Positions 20,199 through 31,346 are shown, numbered from the stretch's first letter. The stretch: 64,000 nt of DNA from Candidatus Poribacteria bacterium (GCA_965208675.1 OZ242351.1:2368001-2432000), one strand, 5' to 3'. Notes: generated by a model from the letters alone, not told the origin. Made by a program: numbers and translations.

Positions 20199-22061
20199 TC
20201 ATCGCGTAGCCTGTTCCATAATGTCCGTCATCCGGGCGACAAAGTCAGTCGGAGTTTCCATATTTCCATCAATCAACAATGCTCCTTCATAAAGTTGCAA
20301 AGCGCAGCTTTTGAGAATTGCCTCGTCGCTTTTGCTCCGGTGGAGCTGCGCCAGATTTTTAATCAATGGATGCGTGGGGTTAATCTCCAAGATTTTCTTG
20401 GATTCGCCGATCTGCCCACCCATCATTTTCATCATCCGTTCCATCTGCCTGTCCATACCGCTCGCGCCAACAACCAGGGTCGCCGCCGAATCAACCAGCC
20501 TTTTAGATGCAACAACATCCTCCACCTTATCGCCAAGCAGTTCATTGAAAAAAGAAATCAGCGATTTTATATCATCTTCGGACAGAGTATCGTTAGGGCT
20601 ATCCGCGTCAGGTTTAAAATCTATGTCCGCCTTTTCGATGCTCTTCAGCGGCTTACCGTCATACTCGTGAAGATGCGGGATGTTGAAGACATCGGCTGCA
20701 TCAACGAAAAACAGTACTTCGATGTCCTTTTTTCTAAAGTATTCCAAACTAGGGTTTCGTTCAACTGCATCTCTGTTATCGCCTGACAGGTAATAAATCT
20801 CATTCTGATCCTCCGGCATACCGTCAACATATTCCTTTAAAGAAGTGAACTCCCCTTTTTCGGCCTTGGAGGACTCGAACCGTAAGAGATTTATCAATCG
20901 GTCTCTGTTGGCGAAATCAGAACCGGCTCCTGTCTTAAAGAGCAGTCCAAAGTTCTTAAAAAACTTCTCATATTTCTCTGATTCATTTTCTGCCCAGTCT
21001 TCTAAAAGCGAGAGAATCCTACCCGTTATCACGTCCTTAATTTTGGCCATGACCGGACTGGATTGTGTCACTTCGCGGGACACATTTAAGGGTAAATCTT
21101 CCGTATCAACAACGCCCGACACAAAATGGAGGTATTCAGGAAGCAATTCTTTACAATCGTCTTGGATAAAGATTCTACTGGAATACAAATGCAGCGACCT
21201 CAAATCTTCCACTCTAAAATAGTTTAGCGGCGGCGTGTCAGGAAAAAAGATTAAAGCTTTGAAATTTACACGTCCTTCAATTGATAGGTGCAGATGGTCA
21301 AGCGGCGGATTATAGTCGTTGGAAATGAACTTATAAAACTCAATTCGTTCTTCTTCTGTTATTTCATTCTTGTTCTTATGCCACAACGCACTTATGGTAT
21401 TCACTTCCTCCCCGCCGACATAGATGGGGAAGTCGGCAAAGTTGGAGTATTTCTTGATGACGTCTTTAACCCGATTGTCATCGCTGAAATCCTTAGCGTC
21501 GTCTTTCAATTTGAAGAAAATTTTCGTCCCTCTCTCTTCGAGCGGGATTTCTTCAATGGTAAATTTGCCTTCGCCAGTAGATTCCCACTGGTACCCAATT
21601 GAGTTTGCATCGGCATGGCGAGTTTGAATCGTCACCTTATCCGTGACCATGAATACCGAATAAAAACCGATGCCGAACTCACCTATCATATTGCCGTCGA
21701 ACGGTTTGTTCTCAGTCTTCAATCTCTGAAAAAACTCTAACGTTCCTGAACTTGCTATGGTGCCGATTCTGTCAATTAAATCAGACTTTGTCATACCGAC
21801 GCCCGAATCCGTTATGGAAAACGTCTGTTCCTCGGCGTCAAGCGCAATGTTAATCCGCAGCGGAAGGTCAGGGTTCAAAACATTGCGGTCCGTCAATTGT
21901 TGGAAACGCACTTTGTTCAAGGCATCGGAAGCGTTGGAAATCAGCTCGCGAAGAAATACTTCGGGATGCGTGTAAAGTGAGTGTACAATTAGATGAAGGA
22001 GCTGTTTCATCTCAGCCTTATATTCAAACTCTTGGGTAGGTTCAGTGTCAATGTTAGACAT
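20199..22061 (-). CDS. htpG: Molecular chaperone HtpG (Hsp90)
   Basis: YTHPEVFLRELISNASDAL, IGEFGIGFYS, LPLNVSRE, LEINPTHPLI. Confidence 0.97.
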   Translation of the reverse strand: MSNIDTEPTQEFEYKAEMKQLLHLIVHSLYTHPEVFLRELISNASDALNKVRFQQLTDRNVLNPDLPLRINIALDAEEQTFSITDSGVGMTKSDLIDRIGTIASSGTLEFFQRLKTENKPFDGNMIGEFGIGFYSVFMVTDKVTIQTRHADANSIGYQWESTGEGKFTIEEIPLEERGTKIFFKLKDDAKDFSDDNRVKDVIKKYSNFADFPIYVGGEEVNTISALWHKNKNEITEEERIEFYKFISNDYNPPLDHLHLSIEGRVNFKALIFFPDTPPLNYFRVEDLRSLHLYSSRIFIQDDCKELLPEYLHFVSGVVDTEDLPLNVSREVTQSSPVMAKIKDVITGRILSLLEDWAENESEKYEKFFKNFGLLFKTGAGSDFANRDRLINLLRFESSKAEKGEFTSLKEYVDGMPEDQNEIYYLSGDNRDAVERNPSLEYFRKKDIEVLFFVDAADVFNIPHLHEYDGKPLKSIEKADIDFKPDADSPNDTLSEDDIKSLISFFNELLGDKVEDVVASKRLVDSAATLVVGASGMDRQMERMMKMMGGQIGESKKILEINPTHPLIKNLAQLHRSKSDEAILKSCALQLYEGALLIDGNMETPTDFVARMTDIMEQATR

Positions 22062-22238
22062 GATTCTAAATTCTCCTCTTAATTGGGCAAACCTCGCCGA
22101 AATCTCCCTTAAATATTTGCTGTGACATGATGTGCTGATTCTTTAAACCGTGCTGTATGGAATGGGAAACCAATATTTAACCTACATTTTTATCCTTGTC
22201 CTAATAGCTGGAAATCCGAATTTAATTTTGTTCGGTCC

Positions 22239-23078
22239 TCAGAACCGCAATTCGCCTGTGATAAAGTCTGACGCGAAATGACTTTCATAAATGCGCGCGT
22301 AGTCAACCTTTAATTGTCTCCAATCGAACCCAAGCCCGATCGTCCAATCTTGATCTGACAATCCTCCACGCACTCGTAGAAATGAAACCGCTCTGTATTC
22401 AACCCCAAAGTAGAGTTCCGCTTGGCGTAGGGACAACCTTGGCAACGCGGTATCCCAAGCTAACAGCAATTGCCGCCAGCGATATGCTACTCCGAGCGTC
22501 AACCATTGAATGCCAGACCGGTTCGGCAAATTTTGTGCGAGGAGTCCAAATTTCAGATTGGTGTAGGGTTTAATTAGCAGGGCAATATCGTAGGAGGGGT
22601 GGGTGCCGAAGAATTGATAACGCCAACTTGGGTGTTTGCGTTTGAATTTGATACTGGTGCCAACCGCGCCGTAGGCAGTAAATTGACGGGCAAATGCGTA
22701 GTAGTTAAAATCGGGCGTTCCCGACTCAACTCCCAATGCAATCTTGTTCCCCCAGAACAACCCATACCCGCGATAGGTGTAACCAATTCCTTTTGGATCG
22801 AAGGCATAGTCGTTTCGGTCGTTTAATTTGTTGGCACCGAAGATTTTTACGCCTTGCCCCTGAATCAATCCGGCAGGATTCCAAAAACCCGCTGTTGCGC
22901 CGTCAGCGATTGCCGTGAAGGCGTTACCCATTCCCAATGCTCTCGCGCCGATGTACAGCGGGCGCGCGGTTTCAAATGGAAAATCCGCCAAGGATATAAG
23001 TGAGTAAACAAGAAACACAACGACGGTCGCCGATACGTATCGCATCCAATCTGAGATAAAGTGTTTCCTTTTCCTCAA
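22239..23078 (-). CDS. PorV/UPF0164-like outer-membrane beta-barrel
   Basis: GARALGMGNAFTAIADGATAGFWNPAGL motif of the PorV/FadL class; terminal Phe. Confidence 0.7.
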   Translation of the reverse strand: MRKRKHFISDWMRYVSATVVVFLVYSLISLADFPFETARPLYIGARALGMGNAFTAIADGATAGFWNPAGLIQGQGVKIFGANKLNDRNDYAFDPKGIGYTYRGYGLFWGNKIALGVESGTPDFNYYAFARQFTAYGAVGTSIKFKRKHPSWRYQFFGTHPSYDIALLIKPYTNLKFGLLAQNLPNRSGIQWLTLGVAYRWRQLLLAWDTALPRLSLRQAELYFGVEYRAVSFLRVRGGLSDQDWTIGLGFDWRQLKVDYARIYESHFASDFITGELRF

Positions 23079-23095
23079 TTCCCACTTGAGAATGC

Positions 23096-24034
23096 TTAAT
23101 CCTCAATTTTGAACCGATACGGAATTATTATACGAATTGCGACCGGTTTACCGTCTTTTTGAGCCGGCGTAAATCGTGACCGTTTCAGCGCCTCAATTGC
23201 TTCTTCATCGCATCCATAGCCCATTCCTTCGAGAACCTCAATATCGCTTGCTTTGCCGTCAATTCCAATCGTCGCTTTTAACTTCACAACCCCTTCTTTT
23301 CCGGCATTCCGAGCACGTTCCGGGTACTTCGGCTTCGGTTTATGCAGGGCTTTAGGGGGTATGGTGTTTTCCGTTATGTCCACGACTGGCACGTCGACTG
23401 GGTCTTCTAGCTCAAGATCGGCACCGGGAATATCTGCCTCAAACGTGTCAAAAATTTCTGGTCTTTCTGCCCTCTTGGGGGCAATCGTCGGCATATTAGG
23501 TGTAATGCTTGGGCGATTCCCAGCGGCTATTGGCGGTCTTTCAATCGTCGGTATTTCTGGGGGTGCACCAGATGAGCCAATATCAATATTGTCTGAAGGA
23601 ATAGTAATGCCGCCGCGGCCGGACGGAATGTCCACCGGCCTTACTGGCTGACGGGGTTGGATCGTCTCAACTCGCTGAATATCGGGTTCAGGTTTCTGGG
23701 CTACACGCTCGCGTAGACGTCGTTTCTTTAGGGTATCCTGCGCCTCATACATTTCCGCTACCACTGCATCATCATCGTTAATCACTACATTTTTGGCAAT
23801 GTGAAATGCGACGAACAGCAGTATGAGCAAGTGAAAAGCAAGTGATACAATCCATGCAAGAGATTTAGACCTGCGCCCCTCCTTTCTCTTTCGCCGTTCT
23901 AAAATCGGCTCAACCGCAGGAATTGGGCGTTTACGTTCATGTTCTAGCGAATTCGACTTCGATTGAAATTCCTCGGTGTTTTCTACATTACCGTTGGACA
24001 TGGCACGAAAATCTCCTCTCTGTTGCACGCTCAT
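23096..24034 (-). CDS. tonB: TonB family energy transducer
   Basis: TM helix with SxxxH (SLAFH), Pro-rich linker, C-terminal YPERARNAGKEGVV...FTPAQKDGKPV. Confidence 0.85.
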   Translation of the reverse strand: MSVQQRGDFRAMSNGNVENTEEFQSKSNSLEHERKRPIPAVEPILERRKRKEGRRSKSLAWIVSLAFHLLILLFVAFHIAKNVVINDDDAVVAEMYEAQDTLKKRRLRERVAQKPEPDIQRVETIQPRQPVRPVDIPSGRGGITIPSDNIDIGSSGAPPEIPTIERPPIAAGNRPSITPNMPTIAPKRAERPEIFDTFEADIPGADLELEDPVDVPVVDITENTIPPKALHKPKPKYPERARNAGKEGVVKLKATIGIDGKASDIEVLEGMGYGCDEEAIEALKRSRFTPAQKDGKPVAIRIIIPYRFKIED

Positions 24035-24670
24035 TAAAATGTCGACTGAACTGAAGTGCTATTCTACTGAATATAGTCGGGAAGTAGGAAATAGGATAAA
24101 TTCAAGAAAAGGGTTGGTAGTCTTTGTCGATCAAGATTTCCGATTCTGAATTGATTAAAGCCGTTGTCAGTCTCTGTTTTTGTAAACGAAATCCGCAGAG
24201 GTTAGTTTAGTTGGCTTTAAGCATTCCTACACGACAGCGTGACCTTTTACCTTGGCAACGCTACACTTATGTTTTAACTCAAACGGACCGGAATTGTCGA
24301 TGGTGTCGTTTTGAGGCGGCAGTCAAACTCACACTCTTGCCTGACATTAACAATAAGCCGCGGTACAAGAACCCAAATGATTCTGGATGCCATTAATGCT
24401 GTTCTTAAGAAAGATAGTTGTGACGGCTGGAAACGGACTCCCTAAATCCGTAAGACGAGAACGGGAAAACTCTATATTACACCGCTACCATATTTGGTGT
24501 CGCATAGCCACCATATAATGTACCAGATAATATCGCCAATTTCAACTAAAAATGTGGGCAGATGTGTGAAGCATAAGTAATTCCACTGGTATAAGGACAT
24601 AGCTCGCGCGTTCCGCCGCTCCGAAGTATCGGCTGGTGCAATAAAGAATGCAGGCAAGAGGTTTTTCTAG

Positions 24671-25753
24671 TTATCGTTCTCTTTGTCCCGCAACAAATTC
24701 GTTCAACTGCTGAACAGCAAGCGAATCGTCGTCTATCGTGATTGGTGGATGCTTGGTCAACCATGCGGATGCGGCATGGAGTACTCCCGATGTCCCGCGA
24801 TCGAGCGCCAGCTTCATGTATCGAATCATATCAACCATAACGCCGCCAAAGTTTGCGCTGTCTTCTACCTCCAATTTGGCTTCAAAGTGCAGCGGCGCAT
24901 CACCATAGTTGCTGGCATCAATATAGAAAAGCGCCGTTTTGCGGTCCCCCATGAAATCAACGTACGAAAACCCTGTCGAGATTTCTGAGTCTGAAGAAAC
25001 CAGTGTTTCTAGAGCCTCTTGCTTGGTCTTGTGCTTCGACTGTCCACGGTTGACGAGGTTGTAAAAATCAGTATTGCCAGCGTAGTTTACCTGATAGGTA
25101 CGTTTGACGTGGATACCTCTCGCGCGCAATAGTTGAAGCAATGCACGGTGGATAGCTGTGCCGCCAAGCTGGCTCTTCACATCGTCGCCGATTAACGGCA
25201 CACCGTTTTCGGAAGCCGCCCTCTGATAAACCGGATCGCAGACAATTAGTTCTGGCATCCCATTGATAAATCCAATTTTAGCCTCTTTGATGGCGGCGTC
25301 GGCGTAAAATCTCGCCGCTTGCGCGGAAGCGGTCGGAAGGAAGTTCAGCAACATCTCTGCCCCACTATCCCGCAAGATTTGCGCGACATCCGCGGCCGGT
25401 TGGTCGGCAACTTCTACAAAGTCAGACAGCGCAGAACTGATACCATCCATCGGCGGCCCCATGTGCACTTCGACACCGCAGTCAGGGACATCTACACCGG
25501 GATAGTGATAGGCGATATTCGCGCCGGAAAAAATTGCTTGAGATAAGTCTTTTCCAACACGCCGGTCATCAATATCAAAGGCTGCGACTGGCACAATGTC
25601 GGTGACCTTGTAGCCTCCAATATCAACGTTAATGAGTCCCGGCGCATCTGCGCCAAATTTTCGATAATATGCCAGTCCCTGGATAAGGGCGCTCGTGCAG
25701 TTGCCGACACCGACAATCGCTACGCGTATCGGACTTTCCGTCTCCCATGCCAT
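24671..25753 (-). CDS. ino1: myo-inositol-1-phosphate synthase
   Basis: VGVGNC, GDDVKSQLGGT, NYAGNTDF, LEVEDSAN. Confidence 0.9.
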   Translation of the reverse strand: MAWETESPIRVAIVGVGNCTSALIQGLAYYRKFGADAPGLINVDIGGYKVTDIVPVAAFDIDDRRVGKDLSQAIFSGANIAYHYPGVDVPDCGVEVHMGPPMDGISSALSDFVEVADQPAADVAQILRDSGAEMLLNFLPTASAQAARFYADAAIKEAKIGFINGMPELIVCDPVYQRAASENGVPLIGDDVKSQLGGTAIHRALLQLLRARGIHVKRTYQVNYAGNTDFYNLVNRGQSKHKTKQEALETLVSSDSEISTGFSYVDFMGDRKTALFYIDASNYGDAPLHFEAKLEVEDSANFGGVMVDMIRYMKLALDRGTSGVLHAASAWLTKHPPITIDDDSLAVQQLNEFVAGQRER

Positions 25754-25804
25754 GAAGTTCTCCTTTAGAATCTTAATAAACCCTCAACAAACAGGGTTCA
25801 GCCG

Positions 25805-26539
25805 TTATGCTCTACGAATCCATTGCAGTGCAGTTTCTAAAACTTTTTCATTGCTGTATTTTGAGACTATCCGGTGTAAGGCAATCGGCGAAGCATTCGC
25901 TAATTCACAAATCTTCCGAATCAGCAGCGGCAAAGCCCTGACCACGTTGTCCACGATGGTGGCGCTTGATCTGTTTGCCGTCCGAGACATTGGGTTGAGG
26001 TCGACTGAAATGACATCTTTTCCCATTTTCCGCAGTGCTTCACAACGATCGCCGTCTTCAAGCGGAACAAATACGACATCCGCCCGATAAATGCCGTCTG
26101 GGTGGACGTACTTTCGGTTTGAGTCGATAAACGAAAGCTCGGTATCGGGAGAGGGTATCAACACCTGAACGGCTCCGCGATTCAACAAATATTCTTGTAT
26201 CGTCGCTTCCCGCCCTTTAGAGGTGTGAAAGATGTTCACTTCCAAAGGCGCCTTTAGCATCTTTCCTAATGCTATCAATTCATCAGGGACAAGTGCTGCA
26301 GCATTCCCATTTACTGAGACTACAGGGTGCTCGGCGAGCAATAGCATAGCGGCGCTTGTGTGAATAGCCTGTGCAGCGAACTGCTGTGTCTCCTCTCCGA
26401 TAAGATAGTCGAATGCCTCGCCGCGGCCGTGTGCAATCAGACCGTGGATGGAGGTAATGCCGCTCTCCACACCGGCTGTGATATCATCTCGTAATTTCAG
26501 CGATTGATACCGTGGATGGCCTTCTGGAACATCGCTCAT
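25805..26539 (-). CDS. 4-phosphopantoate--beta-alanine ligase (archaeal-type phosphopantothenate synthetase, PPS)
   Basis: HPRYQSL, GLIAHGRGEAFDYLIGE, SVNGN, VPLEDGDR, DLNPMSRT, IVDNVVRA. Confidence 0.93.
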   Translation of the reverse strand: MSDVPEGHPRYQSLKLRDDITAGVESGITSIHGLIAHGRGEAFDYLIGEETQQFAAQAIHTSAAMLLLAEHPVVSVNGNAAALVPDELIALGKMLKAPLEVNIFHTSKGREATIQEYLLNRGAVQVLIPSPDTELSFIDSNRKYVHPDGIYRADVVFVPLEDGDRCEALRKMGKDVISVDLNPMSRTANRSSATIVDNVVRALPLLIRKICELANASPIALHRIVSKYSNEKVLETALQWIRRA

Positions 26540-27369
26540 AACAACCTCGCCCGTTCCGTAGAGATCCTCGTCTCTTTCGCTCCTTCAAATGGTTGTGTGC
26601 TGAATACGGCGTTTCCCAGCATAATCATCGATGCAAACCCGTTCTGGCTTTCAATCTGATTGATAACACACCGGACATTTTGATCCCTTAGCAGTCCGCT
26701 TTCGATAGCGAATACCTTGGATGATCTGATACAGGTATTAAAGTCTACCGCTTCAGAATTGACGAGCGCTCCCAGATTTTTCAACGCTTTATCAGCCGAT
26801 ATGTTGATGTTGTCAGTTTGCTTGGAATCTGTGAGGACATCTCTGGTCTGAATGGGACCGAAAAACTTATAGTAAATGGGTTGTTTTCGAACAGGCAGTC
26901 TTTCTGCCGAAAGCGGATGGCCTGCCTTTAATTTGACGAGGCAGCCGCCGTGATATTGCGCGCAGACATCGCCCAAACCAGTCAGATTTTCCACCTCCGC
27001 CACGTGAGCTATCATCGCAAGATCTCTTGAAGATATGCCTAAGCTCAACAAAGCATTAACTGCATACGCCGTGGCTAACGCAGAAGCACCGCTCAATCCA
27101 AAGCCGCACCCTAACGGCTGCGGCGACGTGATATCGATGAGCATTGTTTCGGGCGTTAATTTTTGAAGGGTTGACACCACTGTGGGAAAATGAATCTCGC
27201 CGCCATTAAACAGAATACTCGTCCGGCAATATGGCGATACCGTCACCACTACACCTTCATTAATGGTAAACCCCATCCCCAGCGAGTGCATTTTGGCCGC
27301 GTCCTCATGTGGTACAACCTTGAAAACACATGAGATATTGCTGGGTGCAAACGCGCTGACCTGTTCCAT
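26536..27369 (-). CDS. Pantoate kinase (archaeal-type PoK, GHMP family)
   Basis: AFAPSNISCVF, PLGCGFGLSGASAL, AHVAEVENLTGLGDV, ASMIMLGNAVF; overlaps PPS by 4 nt. Confidence 0.9.
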   Translation of the reverse strand: MEQVSAFAPSNISCVFKVVPHEDAAKMHSLGMGFTINEGVVVTVSPYCRTSILFNGGEIHFPTVVSTLQKLTPETMLIDITSPQPLGCGFGLSGASALATAYAVNALLSLGISSRDLAMIAHVAEVENLTGLGDVCAQYHGGCLVKLKAGHPLSAERLPVRKQPIYYKFFGPIQTRDVLTDSKQTDNINISADKALKNLGALVNSEAVDFNTCIRSSKVFAIESGLLRDQNVRCVINQIESQNGFASMIMLGNAVFSTQPFEGAKETRISTERARLL

Positions 27370-27700
27370 TCTCTTAATTGGCGTTTCTTTGACTTTGGCG
27401 GGATTTCTTGGCGGCGGACGGAACGGGCATTAACGCTCCAACCAATAGGCCAGTCTCTTCATGCCGCAAGCTGCGATGCCTAATGTTTATTCGTATGTTA
27501 TTGAAACGAATTATACAAGAGGGTATTAACGCGGTCAAGCAAAAAACTGTCGCACAAGGAGCGCAACCCCCGGTTCAAGTGGATGCTTCAAAGGGCGTTG
27601 ACTATCGGTGAAACTCGTCAACTAGATCGAATTTCGCCGATGGAGGTTTTGAATCGTCTCCAGAAATGGCTTTTCCTTAAATGAACCGTCCATTTGCAGC

Positions 27701-29390
27701 CTAAAACATAAAACGGTACATCGGACGCCCTAGGCTGACACCAGCTAAACTCCAGAGCGTTCCGATAAAGAATTCACCCAGTACCAACCCAGTAAAAAAC
27801 GGCACGCCTTTACGATAAGCACGAATTCCGCCAATACGGACTAAAATCAGCTTCATCAACCAACTCAGAAGGATTGAAACCCAATACCAATTCATGGTTT
27901 GGTAGCCAATCCCAATTGCATAACCGGCGGGATGCAAGGGCCACCAGATAAACCATCGATGCAATCCTGTGAGCATTCCGGTAAAAGCGAACGCTCCAAT
28001 AGATGCCGCAATCTCTAGGGGCGCCGCATCTTGAGGGGTTGTCAACCATACGCGTAACTGACCTAGAAATGCCCCTCGAATCCAATGCTCGCCGTAAACC
28101 GCCGCGCCATAACGGTACCCCTGTGCATAGTATGCCCAAGCTGATGAGATGGTACCGACCACAGCTACTAGCATAATTGCAGGAATTAACCTGCTCGGAG
28201 CGATGCTGCGCAATTCAGCCGCTTTGAATCCTTCGAGCATGACCGGCATCGGGTGGCAGCGGTATGATCGGTTGAAGCCGCGAAAAAACGTGAATAGTGT
28301 CAAACTTTTTCCGCCGAATCTACGTGTTCCCAAAATGGAGACTAGAGCACCGCCGGGATGCCAAAGGACATCATGCGTGGGCGGACCAAGCACCGAACAA
28401 CTGCTCATGCGCAAAGGGAAAGCGCGGAAGGTGTCCGAGCCCTAGCATGGTTCCCCATACCAAAACTATCTTTCGAAACAGATAGAAAAACCAGATGGAA
28501 AACGAGAGATTGAGCGGGATGAAAAAACTCAAGCCAACCACGAAGGGATAAACCGCAAGCGGCGTATAGCCAATAGCGTCTAAGGGTTTTTCTGTAAAGA
28601 GTTGACCCAAGTCAAATCCTACTTTAGAAGGATTGTGGCCAATTCCCCCGACGCTGGGTACAACCGGAAACAGAAAATGGAGGCCGTTGATTAGGTTCAT
28701 ACTGCCCGCCAAGATGAACCCTATCCAGAACAACCTGTTTCTGAACAACGCGGACCCGTTCCGTTCGGTAAGCTGCATCGGAATCTGGATGATAGGATAC
28801 GTCAGTTTTTCCCGATAGACCCATTGCCGCTGCACAAGTACCGTCAGACAGAGCATCATCCACGTCAGAACGACAAGTAAAACAGACCACCAGAACACAG
28901 GTCTAATCCAAAGCCATAGATGGCTCCAAATGTGCAGCGTCGATTCCCCTTGATAAAAAGGGACGAGTGCATCCCGATTTTTTACCGTCAGCCAATCAGG
29001 GATATGATGGTGGAATAACTCCGCCCACTCGTTTTCTGGCGTTGCAAACCAGATTGAATGGGGTATGAGAGGCCAGAGCAACTGGAGCATATCGTGCCCG
29101 GCGATGGAAGATGCTACCGCAAGAAGCAGATAGACAACGGTCAACTCGCCATCACTAAACTGCGCGCGCGGGGCAGCGAAACGAATCAGATAGTTCCAAC
29201 CAATCAATAGCAGAAGGATGAATACGGCGTTGAAATACAACGAAACAACGGTGGGAAAACTTTGACCGCTGTCATAGCCGCCTGTTCCCCAGCTAATCAT
29301 CAACCAGTAGGAGTTGGGTACGGTAAGTATTAGCGCAATCAGCACCGCGCGGAAGGTCACGCTTCTCGTTGATGAAGGAGATGTCATCAT
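27701..29390 (-). pseudogene. DUF6785/DUF6784-like polytopic membrane protein broken by an internal deletion/frameshift near 28390
   Basis: Two overlapping ORFs (28371-29390 and 27701-28414) carry the N-half (QWVYREKLTYPI) and C-half (WWPLHPAGY, GLVLGE) of one family. The frame changes at FGAW / LGPPTHD. Confidence 0.7.
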
Positions 29391-29545
29391 TCGAATATGC
29401 TAACAATCCTTAGCGTCGGTGGGAAGTATTAAGCGGTGGATTTAAGTCGGTTGTAAGATGCCGAAGAAGACTGTAACGGTCGATAAACTCGGATTAGCTC
29501 GAGTGTACTCTTTTACCTACGGTCGCCCCGATTCATTTAAGGCTG

Positions 29546-30076
29546 TTAATCGGCGCGCCCAAACTCCAGCTTGGCATAGCGAAGGAAAATACCGCCGCCC
29601 GGGAAAGCGATTGGGCCGTTAACTGCGAGACAGGCAATGATGTGCCGTTCACCTGGCAGCGCATTCTCGCAGACGCTCACGCGTTGTGGTGCGTTGTGGC
29701 CCGATATCGCGCCGCGGCCCGTATTGCCGATCGCAATGTCGCACTCGCCGTTAATCCAGATTTCGCCGTAATCGTCTACACATGTTGTAAACCACACCTG
29801 GGTACCGCGAATGTCCGCATTGCCGACCCGTTCAGGCAGTGTTACTCCGAGGCGGTACCAACCGAAGCAAAAACCATCTGAAACGGATGCTTGTATGTTC
29901 TCGCATACCGTCCAGTCGGTATCGTCATAGTCCGCCAACCGCGCTGGGGATTGTTTGAGTTGGTCCACTAGACCGCCGTTAGGCTCTCCCGGAACCAACC
30001 CGCCGGCGTATCGCCACTGCCCTTTGACCAATTGCAGGTGGTCGGGGTTTTCCAAATCCAACGTTGCGACAATCAT
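29546..30076 (-). CDS. Hypothetical protein with galactose-binding-like jelly-roll
   Basis: DYDDTDW, WYR, VDDYGEIWING motifs; GAGGAGG SD. Confidence 0.7.
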   Translation of the reverse strand: MIVATLDLENPDHLQLVKGQWRYAGGLVPGEPNGGLVDQLKQSPARLADYDDTDWTVCENIQASVSDGFCFGWYRLGVTLPERVGNADIRGTQVWFTTCVDDYGEIWINGECDIAIGNTGRGAISGHNAPQRVSVCENALPGERHIIACLAVNGPIAFPGGGIFLRYAKLEFGRAD

Positions 30077-30451
30077 CGCAGCCTCCTCGGTTTCTTTCGT
30101 GACTCTTGGAAAAGTTCACGATCCGGTTGTCATGAAAAACAGCCTTCGAGTAGAATCAAGTTGGGGTAAACAGCTTGACAATTTCAATTGAATGCGGTGG
30201 GGATTGGGATGAAACACATCTGGCGCGGATTTCAGGAAGGACGAGGAGAAATGGTCTTAGTATCTACAATCTTCAACCTCAACGAGTGCGCGGTTCTGAG
30301 CATAACAATGCAAGTGGAGAACTCAACGTACATTGTGGCTTGACCGTAGACAGGATTGCTTACTACAACACTAGCACAATTAGTAGTATGCACTTCTTGA
30401 GAGGGAAGGATAAACGCGGCAAATAGATAGACCGGTCTGCACTTGCCTTAA

Positions 30452-30481
30452 GGGCGGGCATTCACCAAAGGATTGCCCGCC
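30452..30481 (-). terminator. GC-rich hairpin downstream of the LamG gene
   Basis: GGGCGGGCA...TGCCCGCCC inverted repeat; no clear U-tract. Confidence 0.35.
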
Positions 30482-30590
30482 ACACATGATTTGCTATCCA
30501 TCACCAATAACTCGGTTTAATTAACATCAAATCGCGGCATCGTTCAACAATCAGTCAAATCTATAAACTAAAGTTTGCACGGCGCAGGCA

Positions 30591-31346
30591 TTAGGGTACG
30601 TGCTTTATCGCACCCCACGTCGTGGTGATTGAATTGCGGGGTTTTACGGATTGCTCTCCCGGTTCTAATTCAAACAACTCCAATACTTCATCTTCGTCAA
30701 ATCCGCGGTTGTAGATGCGAAGTTCGTCCATTGCGCCGACATACGAATTCAAGCTCATAAACCCAATTTGGATATCTGATTCAAATGGGTCAATCTTGAA
30801 AATTCCTTGAACCTGACCTTGTCGGACTCCATCGGTGTAGTAAGTTCCTGTCTCCTCAAATACAGTGCACACGATTAGGTGCCACTCGTTCACGCCCATC
30901 ACATTTCCCACACCAGTCCCTCTCCAGGCGTTCGCGACCCGGATTTCCATCCTGCCGCCGCCATGAAGCAGGTCAACGTTGTATTGTTGGTGTTTGTAAA
31001 TCGCTCGGTTTTCGCCAGCTAGGTCGAATTTTTCCGGATACGCCCAAAAGGCAACGGTAAATTCCTTATCCTTGACCATTAGAGAATCCGATCTCGGAAT
31101 TATGGCGCCCTGCTGATTGGTTTTAAAACGTATTGCCTTGCCGAACTTGCCATCGTTTGTCCGCTCGGCACTCTCAATTCTACCGTGGTTATCATTACCG
31201 CTCGAGTCTTTGAGACCATCATCATTCCCCTCGAACTGGTAATAACCTACGAGTCCGTCTTCCAGTGCGGCTAGAACAGGCGATACCCAAATCCCTAACA
31301 GCAAAACAACCGCCGCCGCAACATAGAACAGGAATTGGAATTTCAT
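30591..31346 (-). CDS. Secreted LamG-like jelly-roll protein with TWGAIK tail
   Basis: Signal peptide, DGLVGYYQFE, GKFGKAIRF, MDELRIYNR, SVKPRNSITTTWGAIK. Confidence 0.9.
   Translation of the reverse strand: MKFQFLFYVAAAVVLLLGIWVSPVLAALEDGLVGYYQFEGNDDGLKDSSGNDNHGRIESAERTNDGKFGKAIRFKTNQQGAIIPRSDSLMVKDKEFTVAFWAYPEKFDLAGENRAIYKHQQYNVDLLHGGGRMEIRVANAWRGTGVGNVMGVNEWHLIVCTVFEETGTYYTDGVRQGQVQGIFKIDPFESDIQIGFMSLNSYVGAMDELRIYNRGFDEDEVLELFELEPGEQSVKPRNSITTTWGAIKHVP

Noticed and set aside
20112-20786. 224-aa plus-strand ORF and the many similar short overlapping ORFs in the track
   Set aside because: They are antisense shadows of well-supported genes (htpG, TPR, VWA and others) with no motifs of their own.
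24035-24670. Cobalamin or other riboswitch upstream of tonB
   Set aside because: No recognisable B12-box or other conserved riboswitch core on the minus strand.
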